A DNA stretch of 64,000 nt, from assembly GCA_019244185.1 (NCBI GenBank), contig JAFATB010000011.1, forward strand, positions 64,504 through 128,503, written 5' to 3'. Position 1 is the stretch's first letter; every line of letters begins with the position of its first letter. Positions 9,044-16,833 of the stretch are shown one piece after another. This DNA is from Acidobacteriota bacterium. GTDB taxonomy: Bacteria > Acidobacteriota > Thermoanaerobaculia > Gp7-AA8. The notes below the pieces were generated by a model. The model was not told where the DNA came from. It made no database searches and saw only the letters and a program-made list of their open reading frames with translations. Made by a program: the position numbers and the translations under genes.

Positions 9044-10378
9044 ATGACGACGATGCAATCGCAGGAACATGTGGTGATCCTCGGCGGCGGACTGGCCGGC
9101 TCGCTCTTCGCGCTCTATCTCGCCCGCCGCGGCGCACGCGTCGATGTCTACGAACGCCGCGCCGATCCGCGCAAGCTCGGCGTGACGAAAGGCGGACGCT
9201 CGATCAACCTCGGCCTCTCGAAACGCGGCATCACCTCGCTCGCCGAAGTCGGCTTGCGCGACGAAGTGCTCGCCACCGCCGTCGCCATGGAAGGGCGCGT
9301 CATTCACGATCTCGACGGCGCGCAACACTTTCAGCCGTACGGCAAGAACCGGCAGGAAGTGCTGCATTCGATCGACCGCAACGAGTTGAACGAGATCCTG
9401 CTCGATCGCGCCGAAGAGCATCCGAACGTCGCGCTGCACTTCGAGCATCGCTGCGTCGCCATCGATCACGCCACGCGCGAAGTCTCGATCGAGAAGCCCG
9501 GCGGCACGATCGAGCGTCTCCGCGCCGACTGGTTTCTCGGCGCCGACGGCGCGTTCTCGAAAGTGCGCGAGGAGATGCAGCGCGGCCTGCGCGCGAACTA
9601 CAGCCGCGAGTTTCTCGAATGGGGATACAAGGAGCTCACGCTCCCCGCGAATGCCGACGGCTCGTCGCAGCTGAAGCTCAACGCGCTGCACGTCTGGCCG
9701 CGCGGCCACTGCCTCATCGTCTCGCACGCGAACCGCAATGGCTCGCACACGCTCACGCTCTTCCTGCCGTTCGAAGGTCCGGACAGCTTCGAGCACATCC
9801 ACGGCCGCGCCGACATCGAGCGGTTGTTCCGCAAGTTCTTCCCCGATCTCGCGCCGTTGTTGCCGGACCTCTGCGACGAATGGGAGCGCCATCCGACCGG
9901 CACGCTCGTCACGACCAAGACCGCGCCGTGGCATCTCGATGACTGGCTCGTGCTCGTCGGCGACGCCTGTCACGCGGTGTATCCGTTCTACGGACAAGGC
10001 ATGAACTCCGCGTTCGAAGATTGCGCCGCGCTCTCGCGCGCGCTCGCGCAGCACGCCGATCGCGCGACCGCGTTCCGCGAATACGAGCGCTCGCGCAAGC
10101 CGCACACCGACACACTCGCGGAATTGTCGAAAGCGAACTTCGTCGAGCTGCGGCAGAAAGTCGCGTCGCCGCTGTTCCTGCTGCGCAAGCGGCTCGACGT
10201 CTTTCTCAATCGATTGGCGCCCGAGGGATGGCTGCCGCTGTACACGATGATCGCGCATACGACGATTCCATACGGCGACGCGCTCGTACGCGCGCGCAAG
10301 CAGGATCGCGTGCTGCTCGCCGTCGCGACCACGGCGGCCGCGATCGCGGTGCTCGGCGCGGCGCTGCTCGTGCGCTAA
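9044..10378 (+). CDS. Kynurenine 3-monooxygenase-like FAD monooxygenase with hydrophobic C-terminal tail
   Basis: GGGLAG, GRSINLGLSKRG, GADGAFSKVR, GYKEL, LHVWPRG, GDACHAVYPFYGQGMN and PLYTM, all typical of KMO. GAGG RBS before ATG 9044. Confidence 0.88.
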   Translation: MTTMQSQEHVVILGGGLAGSLFALYLARRGARVDVYERRADPRKLGVTKGGRSINLGLSKRGITSLAEVGLRDEVLATAVAMEGRVIHDLDGAQHFQPYGKNRQEVLHSIDRNELNEILLDRAEEHPNVALHFEHRCVAIDHATREVSIEKPGGTIERLRADWFLGADGAFSKVREEMQRGLRANYSREFLEWGYKELTLPANADGSSQLKLNALHVWPRGHCLIVSHANRNGSHTLTLFLPFEGPDSFEHIHGRADIERLFRKFFPDLAPLLPDLCDEWERHPTGTLVTTKTAPWHLDDWLVLVGDACHAVYPFYGQGMNSAFEDCAALSRALAQHADRATAFREYERSRKPHTDTLAELSKANFVELRQKVASPLFLLRKRLDVFLNRLAPEGWLPLYTMIAHTTIPYGDALVRARKQDRVLLAVATTAAAIAVLGAALLVR

Positions 10379-10382
10379 AACG

Positions 10383-12818
10383 CTACGAGCCCGCGTACAC
10401 GACGAACGTCGCCCAGTAGCGCGGCTGGCGGTAGATCGTCTGCGCGCGCTCGATCTCGAGCTTCGCGATGCGCAGCGCGGACGCGGGATCGCGGCCGCGA
10501 TCGAGCTCGTCGTACATGCGGTTCATCAGCTGCGGTGTCGTCCGGTCGTCGACTTCCCACAGCGCGGCGATCACGTTCGACGCACCCGCGCGGAGAAATG
10601 CCCACGCGAGGCCGACCAGACCTTCGCCGGTGAACGCGCGCGTGCCCGCGCCGTGGCAGCTCGAGATCGTGACGAGCCGCGCGTGCAGCGGCTGCAGCAC
10701 GATGTCGCGTGCGAACAGCCGGTAGTGTTTCGTGGCGTCGTTGCCGAGGATGACGGAGGAATCGAGAGGACGCTTGCGCGTCGCCACGCCGTGCGCGACG
10801 AAGTGCACGAACGCGAATCGTTCCGGCGACGCGCCGCGATACGCGGCCGGCGTCGCCTCGGGTCCCGCGAGCACTTTGCGGTGCGCGGGCGGGAAATGCC
10901 GCGCGACGTTGTCGAGCTCCGCGCGCGCGAACTGCAGCGGCGGAAACTCGGGCGCGACCTGCGGCGGATTGCCGACGAGCAGCATCGACTTCGCGGAGTT
11001 CGCGGTTTGCGCGCGCGGGAGCAAGCGCAGCGAGCCGGCAGCGACGAGCGTGACGTCTTCGATCCAGTAATGCGGCGCCGGCTTCGGCGCGACGAGCGTC
11101 TCAAAGTTGAGCGCGTGCAGTTTGCCGTCCGCGATGACGATGACGCGCGCGCCGTTGCGCAGCGCGGCCGCGGCGGGTGGGACGAGCAGCGTGAAGAGGC
11201 GCTGCCCTGCATTGCCGCTCAGCTGCAGCGTGCCGCGCGCGCCGAGGAGGTTGCGGCGATACGTTTCGGCCGCGGTGTCGACGGTCGCATCGAGCGGCGC
11301 GACCGTCACGGCGTCCGGCGTCGCGCTCCACACCCACGAACGCTCGGTGCCGATCCAGTAGCTGACGAGCGTCGCGTTCTGCTGCCGTGCGACCGCACGC
11401 GCGTCGAGCGGCGCGGATGCGCGCGCGTTGCCGAGACCTTCCTCGATCGTCCCGCGGCTCGTCTCCGTTACCGCTAGCGCATCGGCCGCGCGTCCGCTGC
11501 CGGCGAGATAGTCGACGTACGCGTCGAAGATCTCTTTCGATGGGTTGTAGAACGAGAGCCGCAGTTCGGGATCGGTCGTCGCCGCGCGCTGTTTGCGAAT
11601 GAGCGCGAGCGCGCGGTCGAACGCCGCGACCGCGTCGCTGGCGCGTTTCGCGCGGCCGTAGGCTTCGCCGAGGCGGCCTTCCGCTTCCCAGCGCGTCCGC
11701 ACGTCGGTGGCCGTCCCGAGCACCGACTGCAGCACGCGAACGGCGTCGTCGGTCTTGCCCTGCGCGGCGCTGATGCGCGCGTCGAGAATGCGCGAGCGCA
11801 GCTCGGCGTCGGCGGCGTGGTTCGTCTTCTTGATCGCGGTCGCGGCGCTGTTGAAGCGGCGCGCCTCGTCGTACTGCCCGCGGCGGATCGCGATCACGGC
11901 GAGATTCGCGAGCGCGCTGCCGACGTCGTTCGCGTCCTTCGCGCCGTACGTCACGACGTCGCGGTAGAAGCGCTCGGCGGCAGCGAGATCGTGGCGCGCG
12001 TAGTAAATGTCGCCGAGGAGCACGAGCCAGGCGATGCGGCCGGCGCTGTGGGTGCGCGCGGCGATCGCTTCCGCGCGGACGAGCGGATCGATCGCGCTCT
12101 CATCGTCGCCGACTTCCCAGTACGCCCAGCCGACGTTTCCTTCCGCGCGCTCGAGCACCGACTGCAGATCGAGCTCGGTCGCGATGGCGCGCGCGCGTTC
12201 GCCCGTGGCGATGGCCTCGTTGTAGCGATGCGCGCCGACATACGCCTTCGTGAGATTCGCGAGCGCCTTCGCCTCGGTCACGCGATTGCCCGCTTTGCGC
12301 GCGAGCGTAATGGCGTCGAGCGTGTACGCCTCGGCGCGTTGCGGATGCGCCAGCGCGCGCATCAGCAGGACGTTCGGGACGAGCGCGGGCTGATGCTTCG
12401 TCGCGATCGCGTGCGCGGCGTCGATGAACTGCTCGGTCTCCGGCGACTGATGCGTCTGCGCGATGTACGCGAGCGCGATGAGCCGCCGCACCTCCGCTTC
12501 ACTGGTGCGCCAGCGCGGCGGCGGCGGCTTCCTGAGAATCTTGTCCGCCGCCGCGGAATCGCCGGTCTGCATCAGTACTTCGCCGCGCATCACGCGCAGC
12601 GTCCACGCTGCTTCCGAATCGCTCGATGCAAAACGGCGCAGCGCATCGTCGACGATGCGCTGCGCCTGGGGGAGATGACCGCGGTCGAGCTCCGTCCGCG
12701 CCTGTTGCGCGGCGATGCGTTCCGCGTCGGGAACGGCCGGCGCTGCGAAGACCAACAGCAGCAGCGCCGGCGCGAGCCACGCGCGTCGTTCAGATGCGCG
12801 GCGGAATCGTGCTCCCAT
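10383..12818 (-). CDS. Exported TPR-repeat CHAT (caspase-like) protease
   Basis: Signal-peptide-like start (RRAWLAPALLLLVFAAPA), TPR-like helices, CHAT motifs ADGKLHALNFETL, HFVAHG, LVTISSC, GEGLVGLAWAFLRAGA, LWEVDD, PRYWATF. Start placed at ATG 12818. Confidence 0.92.
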   Translation of the reverse strand: MGARFRRASERRAWLAPALLLLVFAAPAVPDAERIAAQQARTELDRGHLPQAQRIVDDALRRFASSDSEAAWTLRVMRGEVLMQTGDSAAADKILRKPPPPRWRTSEAEVRRLIALAYIAQTHQSPETEQFIDAAHAIATKHQPALVPNVLLMRALAHPQRAEAYTLDAITLARKAGNRVTEAKALANLTKAYVGAHRYNEAIATGERARAIATELDLQSVLERAEGNVGWAYWEVGDDESAIDPLVRAEAIAARTHSAGRIAWLVLLGDIYYARHDLAAAERFYRDVVTYGAKDANDVGSALANLAVIAIRRGQYDEARRFNSAATAIKKTNHAADAELRSRILDARISAAQGKTDDAVRVLQSVLGTATDVRTRWEAEGRLGEAYGRAKRASDAVAAFDRALALIRKQRAATTDPELRLSFYNPSKEIFDAYVDYLAGSGRAADALAVTETSRGTIEEGLGNARASAPLDARAVARQQNATLVSYWIGTERSWVWSATPDAVTVAPLDATVDTAAETYRRNLLGARGTLQLSGNAGQRLFTLLVPPAAAALRNGARVIVIADGKLHALNFETLVAPKPAPHYWIEDVTLVAAGSLRLLPRAQTANSAKSMLLVGNPPQVAPEFPPLQFARAELDNVARHFPPAHRKVLAGPEATPAAYRGASPERFAFVHFVAHGVATRKRPLDSSVILGNDATKHYRLFARDIVLQPLHARLVTISSCHGAGTRAFTGEGLVGLAWAFLRAGASNVIAALWEVDDRTTPQLMNRMYDELDRGRDPASALRIAKLEIERAQTIYRQPRYWATFVVYAGS

Positions 12819-13665
12819 TGCCCTCCACGGATCCGCCCGTGAGCGAGCCGCCGCCGCCACCACCCGTCCCGCCGTCCTGCAGAACCAGCGGCATGAATGC
12901 TTTGGCGACCGGCGCGGCATCGGGCGCCGCCGCGGGCGGGGCGGCGAAGCGCTCGTCGAAGTCGATGCGCACAAGGCTGACGCGGCGGCGTCCCGGTTTG
13001 AACAGGAACTCCGCGAGATTCACGCTGCCGAAATCGGGCACCAGAATGCGGTGGCCGGTGATGGCGATGCTCGTCTGCGCTTTGAGCTTGCCCGCCGGCG
13101 AGAGCGACTTGACCAGCGTGCCGGAGATCGCGGGGCGCGTCTGGCTCTTGAGCGCCTTGGTGAGCGCCGGCGCGGTCCCGTACCCGAAGCGTTTCGCGAA
13201 GTCGGCCGGCGCGGCGGAAAGACGGCGGCGGAAGTCGTCGTACGTCGAGCAGCCGAGCAGATCGAGGTCGAGCTCGGGGACGACCTCGTGGTCGTCGATC
13301 GACAGCCCGCGATACGACGCGCGGAACTCGAACCGCGAGTCGTCTTCGTGGATGTTGCGGATCGACGTCATCGACGCCTGCATCATGCCCACTTTCAGGC
13401 GGCCGCGCACGGCGAAGTTGCTGATCAGCACATCGACGTACGTCGCGTACGTGCCGGCGGCGATCTTCTGGCCCACCACGCGGCTCTCCGCCTTCGTAAA
13501 CGAGACGCCGTGACGGTTGTAATTCGTTTCCTCGGAAAATCCCTCGCCGCCCGTGGGCGCGAGAGCGACGGATGCGAGACTCGGGATGGCGGTCGCCGTG
13601 CTGCCGTTGGTGAGCAGGCCGCCGACACCGATCGCGCTGGCGTTGAACGTGAAGTCGTAGGACAT
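12790..13665 (-). CDS. Hypothetical beta-rich protein with Gly-rich C-terminal linker
   Basis: 291-aa ORF with GGAGG RBS, host-like codon usage, co-oriented within the sigma/CHAT block. Confidence 0.8.
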   Translation of the reverse strand: MSYDFTFNASAIGVGGLLTNGSTATAIPSLASVALAPTGGEGFSEETNYNRHGVSFTKAESRVVGQKIAAGTYATYVDVLISNFAVRGRLKVGMMQASMTSIRNIHEDDSRFEFRASYRGLSIDDHEVVPELDLDLLGCSTYDDFRRRLSAAPADFAKRFGYGTAPALTKALKSQTRPAISGTLVKSLSPAGKLKAQTSIAITGHRILVPDFGSVNLAEFLFKPGRRRVSLVRIDFDERFAAPPAAAPDAAPVAKAFMPLVLQDGGTGGGGGGSLTGGSVEGNGSTIPPRI

Positions 13666-13727
13666 GGTTCCTCCTCTGGACGCCCGGAATGGGCGGGCGC
13701 TCTGCTTCCTCGAACCCTGTACTTCGT

Positions 13728-14381
13728 TTAAGGAACTACGCGGAACGGATAGCTGGTGATCTTCGAGCGGTTGCCGTCCTCGCGGACGCCCTCGATCACC
13801 AATTCATAGCTGCCGGCCGGCAACGATCCGGGCAGCAATGAAAACGGGTTGTTCGCCTGTTCGGGCGACTTCTCGACCGGCTCGCCGATCGTCGCGCCGC
13901 GCGCGTCGACGGCGTGCAAGATGTACTTCACGAACGACGGATCGGTGGGGATGTCGAAGGGAAGCTGTTCCATCGCTCCCTTCCGCACCGCCGGCACGTC
14001 GGACGCGCCGCGCGTTCCCGCGCTGAGCGACTTGCCCGCGTCGGCGATGACGAGCCGCGGCGGCGCGCTGCGCAGAACGAGCGGAACGGCGTTCGCCGCG
14101 AGCAGCACCGCGGCCGCGGCGGCGGGAATCCACTGCTTGATGCCGCGGCGCCGCGCGCGGAGGTCGACGACGTTGTCGCGTTGCGGCACCGCGCGCGCGT
14201 CGCGTTCGCCGCGCACGAGCTCGCGTCCGCTCTCCATCATCCGCAGTCCGTCGCGAACATCGTCCGCGCAAACGCGGCAGTCGAAGAAGTGCTGCTCGAA
14301 CTCTTCGCTTTCGGAGTCGTGCATCTCGCGGAGGAGGTAGCGTTCCGCGGCCTGGCCGGCGATGGCGTCGTCGTGATTCAT
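13728..14381 (-). CDS. Zinc-finger (zf-HC2) transmembrane anti-sigma factor
   Basis: ERYLL...FEQHFFDCRVC (HxxxCxxC), one TM segment (WIPAAAAAVLLAANAVPLVL), then an extracytoplasmic domain. ATGA overlap with the sigma gene. Confidence 0.9.
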   Translation of the reverse strand: MNHDDAIAGQAAERYLLREMHDSESEEFEQHFFDCRVCADDVRDGLRMMESGRELVRGERDARAVPQRDNVVDLRARRRGIKQWIPAAAAAVLLAANAVPLVLRSAPPRLVIADAGKSLSAGTRGASDVPAVRKGAMEQLPFDIPTDPSFVKYILHAVDARGATIGEPVEKSPEQANNPFSLLPGSLPAGSYELVIEGVREDGNRSKITSYPFRVVP

Positions 14382-14995
14382 TCTCGTCTCTGGCTGGATA
14401 GTGACGGATCGGCGCCAAACGTTTCACGAATCTCGCGGCGCCCGCTCTCGCGGCGCAGATATTCGGCGCGGAAGCGATCTTTGGCGCGGTGCAGCAGGAC
14501 GCGCAGATAGCCGCGGTCGATGTCGAAACGGCGGCAGATCTCGTCCTTGTCGCTGTCGTCGAGAAAGACGGCGCGCAGGATGTCGGAGTCGCGCGGGTTG
14601 TGCGCCTCGAGCGCCGCGAGGACGCGCTTGACGCGCGCGCTGCTCATGCGGCGATCCTGCTCCTCCTCCAGCGCCGCCGAGCTCGCCGGCTCGTCGCGGG
14701 CGGGCTCGAGCGGCTCGGTCCGCGACTCGCCGCGCCAGTACTCCATCACCACGTGGTTGCAGACGCCGATGACGAATGCCCCGAGCTTGCGGCCGTCGCG
14801 GAGATCGCCCAGCTTGTCGAGGACGCGCACGAAGATTTCCTGGCGGATCTCGTCGATGGCCTGCATCGAGTGCACGCGCCTCCGCAGCGTGAGGAGCAGC
14901 AACTCGCGAAAGTACTCATAGAAATGAGCTTCCGTTTCGCGGTCTCTCTCTCGCAGACGCCGCACATAGTCGTCGTCGAACGCGAAAAGTTCCAT
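14378..14995 (-). CDS. ECF sigma-70 family RNA polymerase sigma factor
   Basis: Region 2 (IDEIRQEIFVRVL...LGAFVIGVCNHV) and region 4 HTH (EICRRFDIDRGYLRVLLHRAKDRFR). Confidence 0.92.
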   Translation of the reverse strand: MELFAFDDDYVRRLRERDRETEAHFYEYFRELLLLTLRRRVHSMQAIDEIRQEIFVRVLDKLGDLRDGRKLGAFVIGVCNHVVMEYWRGESRTEPLEPARDEPASSAALEEEQDRRMSSARVKRVLAALEAHNPRDSDILRAVFLDDSDKDEICRRFDIDRGYLRVLLHRAKDRFRAEYLRRESGRREIRETFGADPSLSSQRRE

Positions 14996-15064
14996 GGGGA
15001 GTTACTTGTACTTTACTGCAAATCCGGCCAAACGGAGCGGCGGAAGGACGGCCGGGCGGCCGAT

Positions 15065-15502
15065 TCAGGCCGGCTGGAGACGCAGCAGGATCTGGCGGAT
15101 CGCGGCGTGACCGATGGCCACGTCGACGTCGCGCTGCAGCAGCGTGAGGTAGCGATTGGCCTCGCCCGATTCCGTGTCGATCGCCGCGTTGACGCGCGCG
15201 ACGATGGCGTCGACGTCGGCGCGCTCGAAGTCGGTGCGCGACATCGAGTCGATGTCGACGATGAGCGTCGTCATCGGCCGCAGCCACTCGAAGAACGGGT
15301 CTTCCTGCAGCAGCTTCAACAGATGCGTCGGCCCCGACACCGGCGCGACGTTCGCCGAGTACTCCGCGCTCGCCGCGTCGATCAGCGCGCGATGCAGCGG
15401 CATGAGCTGCTTCCACAGATCGCGCAGCGCCGCGCGCAGCTCGGCCCGCTGCGGATCGTCCGGCGTGTGCATCGTGCGCGCGTAGATGTCTTCTTTCTTC
15501 AT
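15065..15502 (-). CDS. Conserved hypothetical helical protein
   Basis: 145-aa ORF with LHRALID...DPFFEWLRPMTTLIVDID; GGAGG upstream. Confidence 0.75.
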   Translation of the reverse strand: MKKEDIYARTMHTPDDPQRAELRAALRDLWKQLMPLHRALIDAASAEYSANVAPVSGPTHLLKLLQEDPFFEWLRPMTTLIVDIDSMSRTDFERADVDAIVARVNAAIDTESGEANRYLTLLQRDVDVAIGHAAIRQILLRLQPA

Positions 15503-15650
15503 CGGGGAAAATCACGCCTCCACGGTTGGCTGGGGAAGGGTGGGGTAGGCAGTTAGCCAACCGTAGAGGCCGTGAAAGCTTGCTGCAGCTCCAGGAACTG
15601 CAAGTCTACAGCAAGTAGTGCACCGGGCAACAGGCTGCAATTCGGCGCGC

Positions 15651-15679
15651 TTGCGGACCTCCGGCGAGGTGACTACAAT
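15651..15679 (+). promoter_or_regulatory. Sigma70-type promoter for the tRNA-Arg/tadA cluster
   Basis: TTGCGG-N17-TACAAT, 54 bp upstream of the tRNA. Confidence 0.6.
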
Positions 15680-15732
15680 GCGCCGCCGCCCCGGAATGAA
15701 GACTCCGGTGGTGCGGTTAAGCTTCCGTGCTC

Positions 15733-15809
15733 GCACCCATAGCTCAATTGGATAGAGCATCTGACTACGGATCAGAAGGTTTGAGGTTCGAGTCCTCATG
15801 GGTGCACCA
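15733..15809 (+). tRNA. tRNA-Arg (ACG)
   Basis: Cloverleaf GCACCCA...TGGGTGC-A-CCA; anticodon arm TCTGA-CT-ACG-GA-TCAGA; GTTCGAG T-loop. Confidence 0.98.
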
Positions 15810-15824
15810 ACCCTGAATCAACTC

Positions 15825-15858
15825 CGACGGCGGGCCGATGCCCGCCGTCGTATTCTTT
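15825..15858 (+). terminator. Intrinsic terminator-like hairpin between tRNA-Arg and tadA
   Basis: Perfect 11-bp stem CGACGGCGGGC-CGAT-GCCCGCCGTCG followed by TATTCTTT. Confidence 0.65.
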
Positions 15859-15863
15859 GACAA

Positions 15864-16358
15864 ATGGATCAGGCGCAGTGGCAGTCCGAGGCGCTTGCAG
15901 AAGCGATGAACGTCGCCTTCGCGCTCGCCGAGGATGCGGCGCGCGATGGTGAGATCCCGGTGGGAGCGGTCGTCGTCGACCGCAACGGCGCGATCGTCGG
16001 ACGCGGACGCAACGCGCGTGAGTCGGGCGACCCGCTCGGACACGCGGAGCTGTTCGCGATTCGCGAGGCCGCGCGGTCCATCGGCGACTGGCGGCTCGAA
16101 GGCACGACGATGTGCGTGACGCTCGAGCCGTGCGCGATGTGCGCGGGCGCGCTCGTGAACGCGCGCGTCGCACGGCTCGTCTTCGCGGCGTACGACCCGA
16201 AAGCGGGCTTCTGCGGCTCGCTCGGAAATCTCGTGCAGGACGCCCGCCTCAATCATCGGCTGATGGTCGAAGGCGGTTTCATGGAAGAACGCTCGCGGCA
16301 GTTGCTGCAGCAGTTCTTCCGCGAACTGCGCCAGCGGAATCAGAAGTTGCCTGCGTGA
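15864..16358 (+). CDS. tadA: tRNA adenosine(34) deaminase
   Basis: GEIPVGAVVV, HAE, WRL, VTLEPCAMCAGA, DPKAG. Confidence 0.93.
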   Translation: MDQAQWQSEALAEAMNVAFALAEDAARDGEIPVGAVVVDRNGAIVGRGRNARESGDPLGHAELFAIREAARSIGDWRLEGTTMCVTLEPCAMCAGALVNARVARLVFAAYDPKAGFCGSLGNLVQDARLNHRLMVEGGFMEERSRQLLQQFFRELRQRNQKLPA

Positions 16359-16364
16359 TGAAAC

Positions 16365-16454
16365 GGAGAGGTGGCAGAGCGGTTGAATGCGGCGGTCTCG
16401 AAAACCGTTATACCTTCACGGGTATCGAGGGTTCGAATCCCTCCCTCTCCGCCA
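16365..16454 (+). tRNA. tRNA-Ser (CGA)
   Basis: GGAGAGG...CCTCTCC-G-CCA, anticodon loop CT-CGA-AA, long variable arm. Confidence 0.97.
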
Positions 16455-16470
16455 CCCGGCCCGGCCGGGT

Positions 16471-16532
16471 GCGCTAAGGGCATAGCCCAGCTGCACGTGC
16501 GGCTGCAGCTCGAGGACACGCGGCGCAGGCGG
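16471..16532. repeat. Dispersed intergenic repeat, copy 1
   Basis: GCGCTAAGGGCATAGCCCAGCTGCACGTGCGGCTGCAGCTCGAG...GCAGGCGG aligns with 30803-30865. Confidence 0.7.
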
Positions 16533-16554
16533 TTAGCAGCGACGACCGAGATGC

Positions 16555-16644
16555 GGAGAGATGGCCGAGTGGCTTAAGGCGCACGCTTGGAAAGCGTGTG
16601 TACGTTAACCCGTACCGTGGGTTCGAATCCCACTCTCTCCGCCA
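16555..16644 (+). tRNA. tRNA-Ser (GGA)
   Basis: GGAGAGA...TCTCTCC-G-CCA, anticodon arm CACGC-TT-GGA-AA-GCGTG, long variable arm. Confidence 0.97.
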
Positions 16645-16692
16645 CCATTGACGCGCATGATCCATTGATATTGTTCGACGGCCCGCTGGGAT

Positions 16693-16792
16693 GAGCCCGG
16701 GTCCTGTGCAGCAGGCGCACCGAACCTCGTCAGGTCCGGAAGGAAGCAGCGATAAGGTGCCTCACCTGCGTGACACAGTCCGGCCTGGGCTC
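16693..16792 (+). ncRNA. ffs: Signal recognition particle RNA (small bacterial SRP)
   Basis: Conserved helix-8 core TCAGGTCCGGAAGGAAGCAGC inside a long hairpin closed by GAGCCC/GGGCTC, directly upstream of dnaX. Confidence 0.95.
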
Positions 16793-16833
16793 TTCCGAGC
16801 GGGTCATTTCGTTTCAGGTACACTCCACCCGCA

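Noticed and set aside
2678-10378. Calling the NRPS cluster a pyrrolobenzodiazepine or myxochelin pathway
   Set aside because: The penultimate module has a Gly code, and no anthranilate/DHB-loading or alkylproline genes are visible; only the R domain and KMO are shared.
16471-16540. Integron attC interpretation of the dispersed repeat (GCTAAG...GTTAGC ends)
   Set aside because: The left end lacks the invariant AAC, copy 2 lacks the GTT end, and there is no integrase or cassette array.
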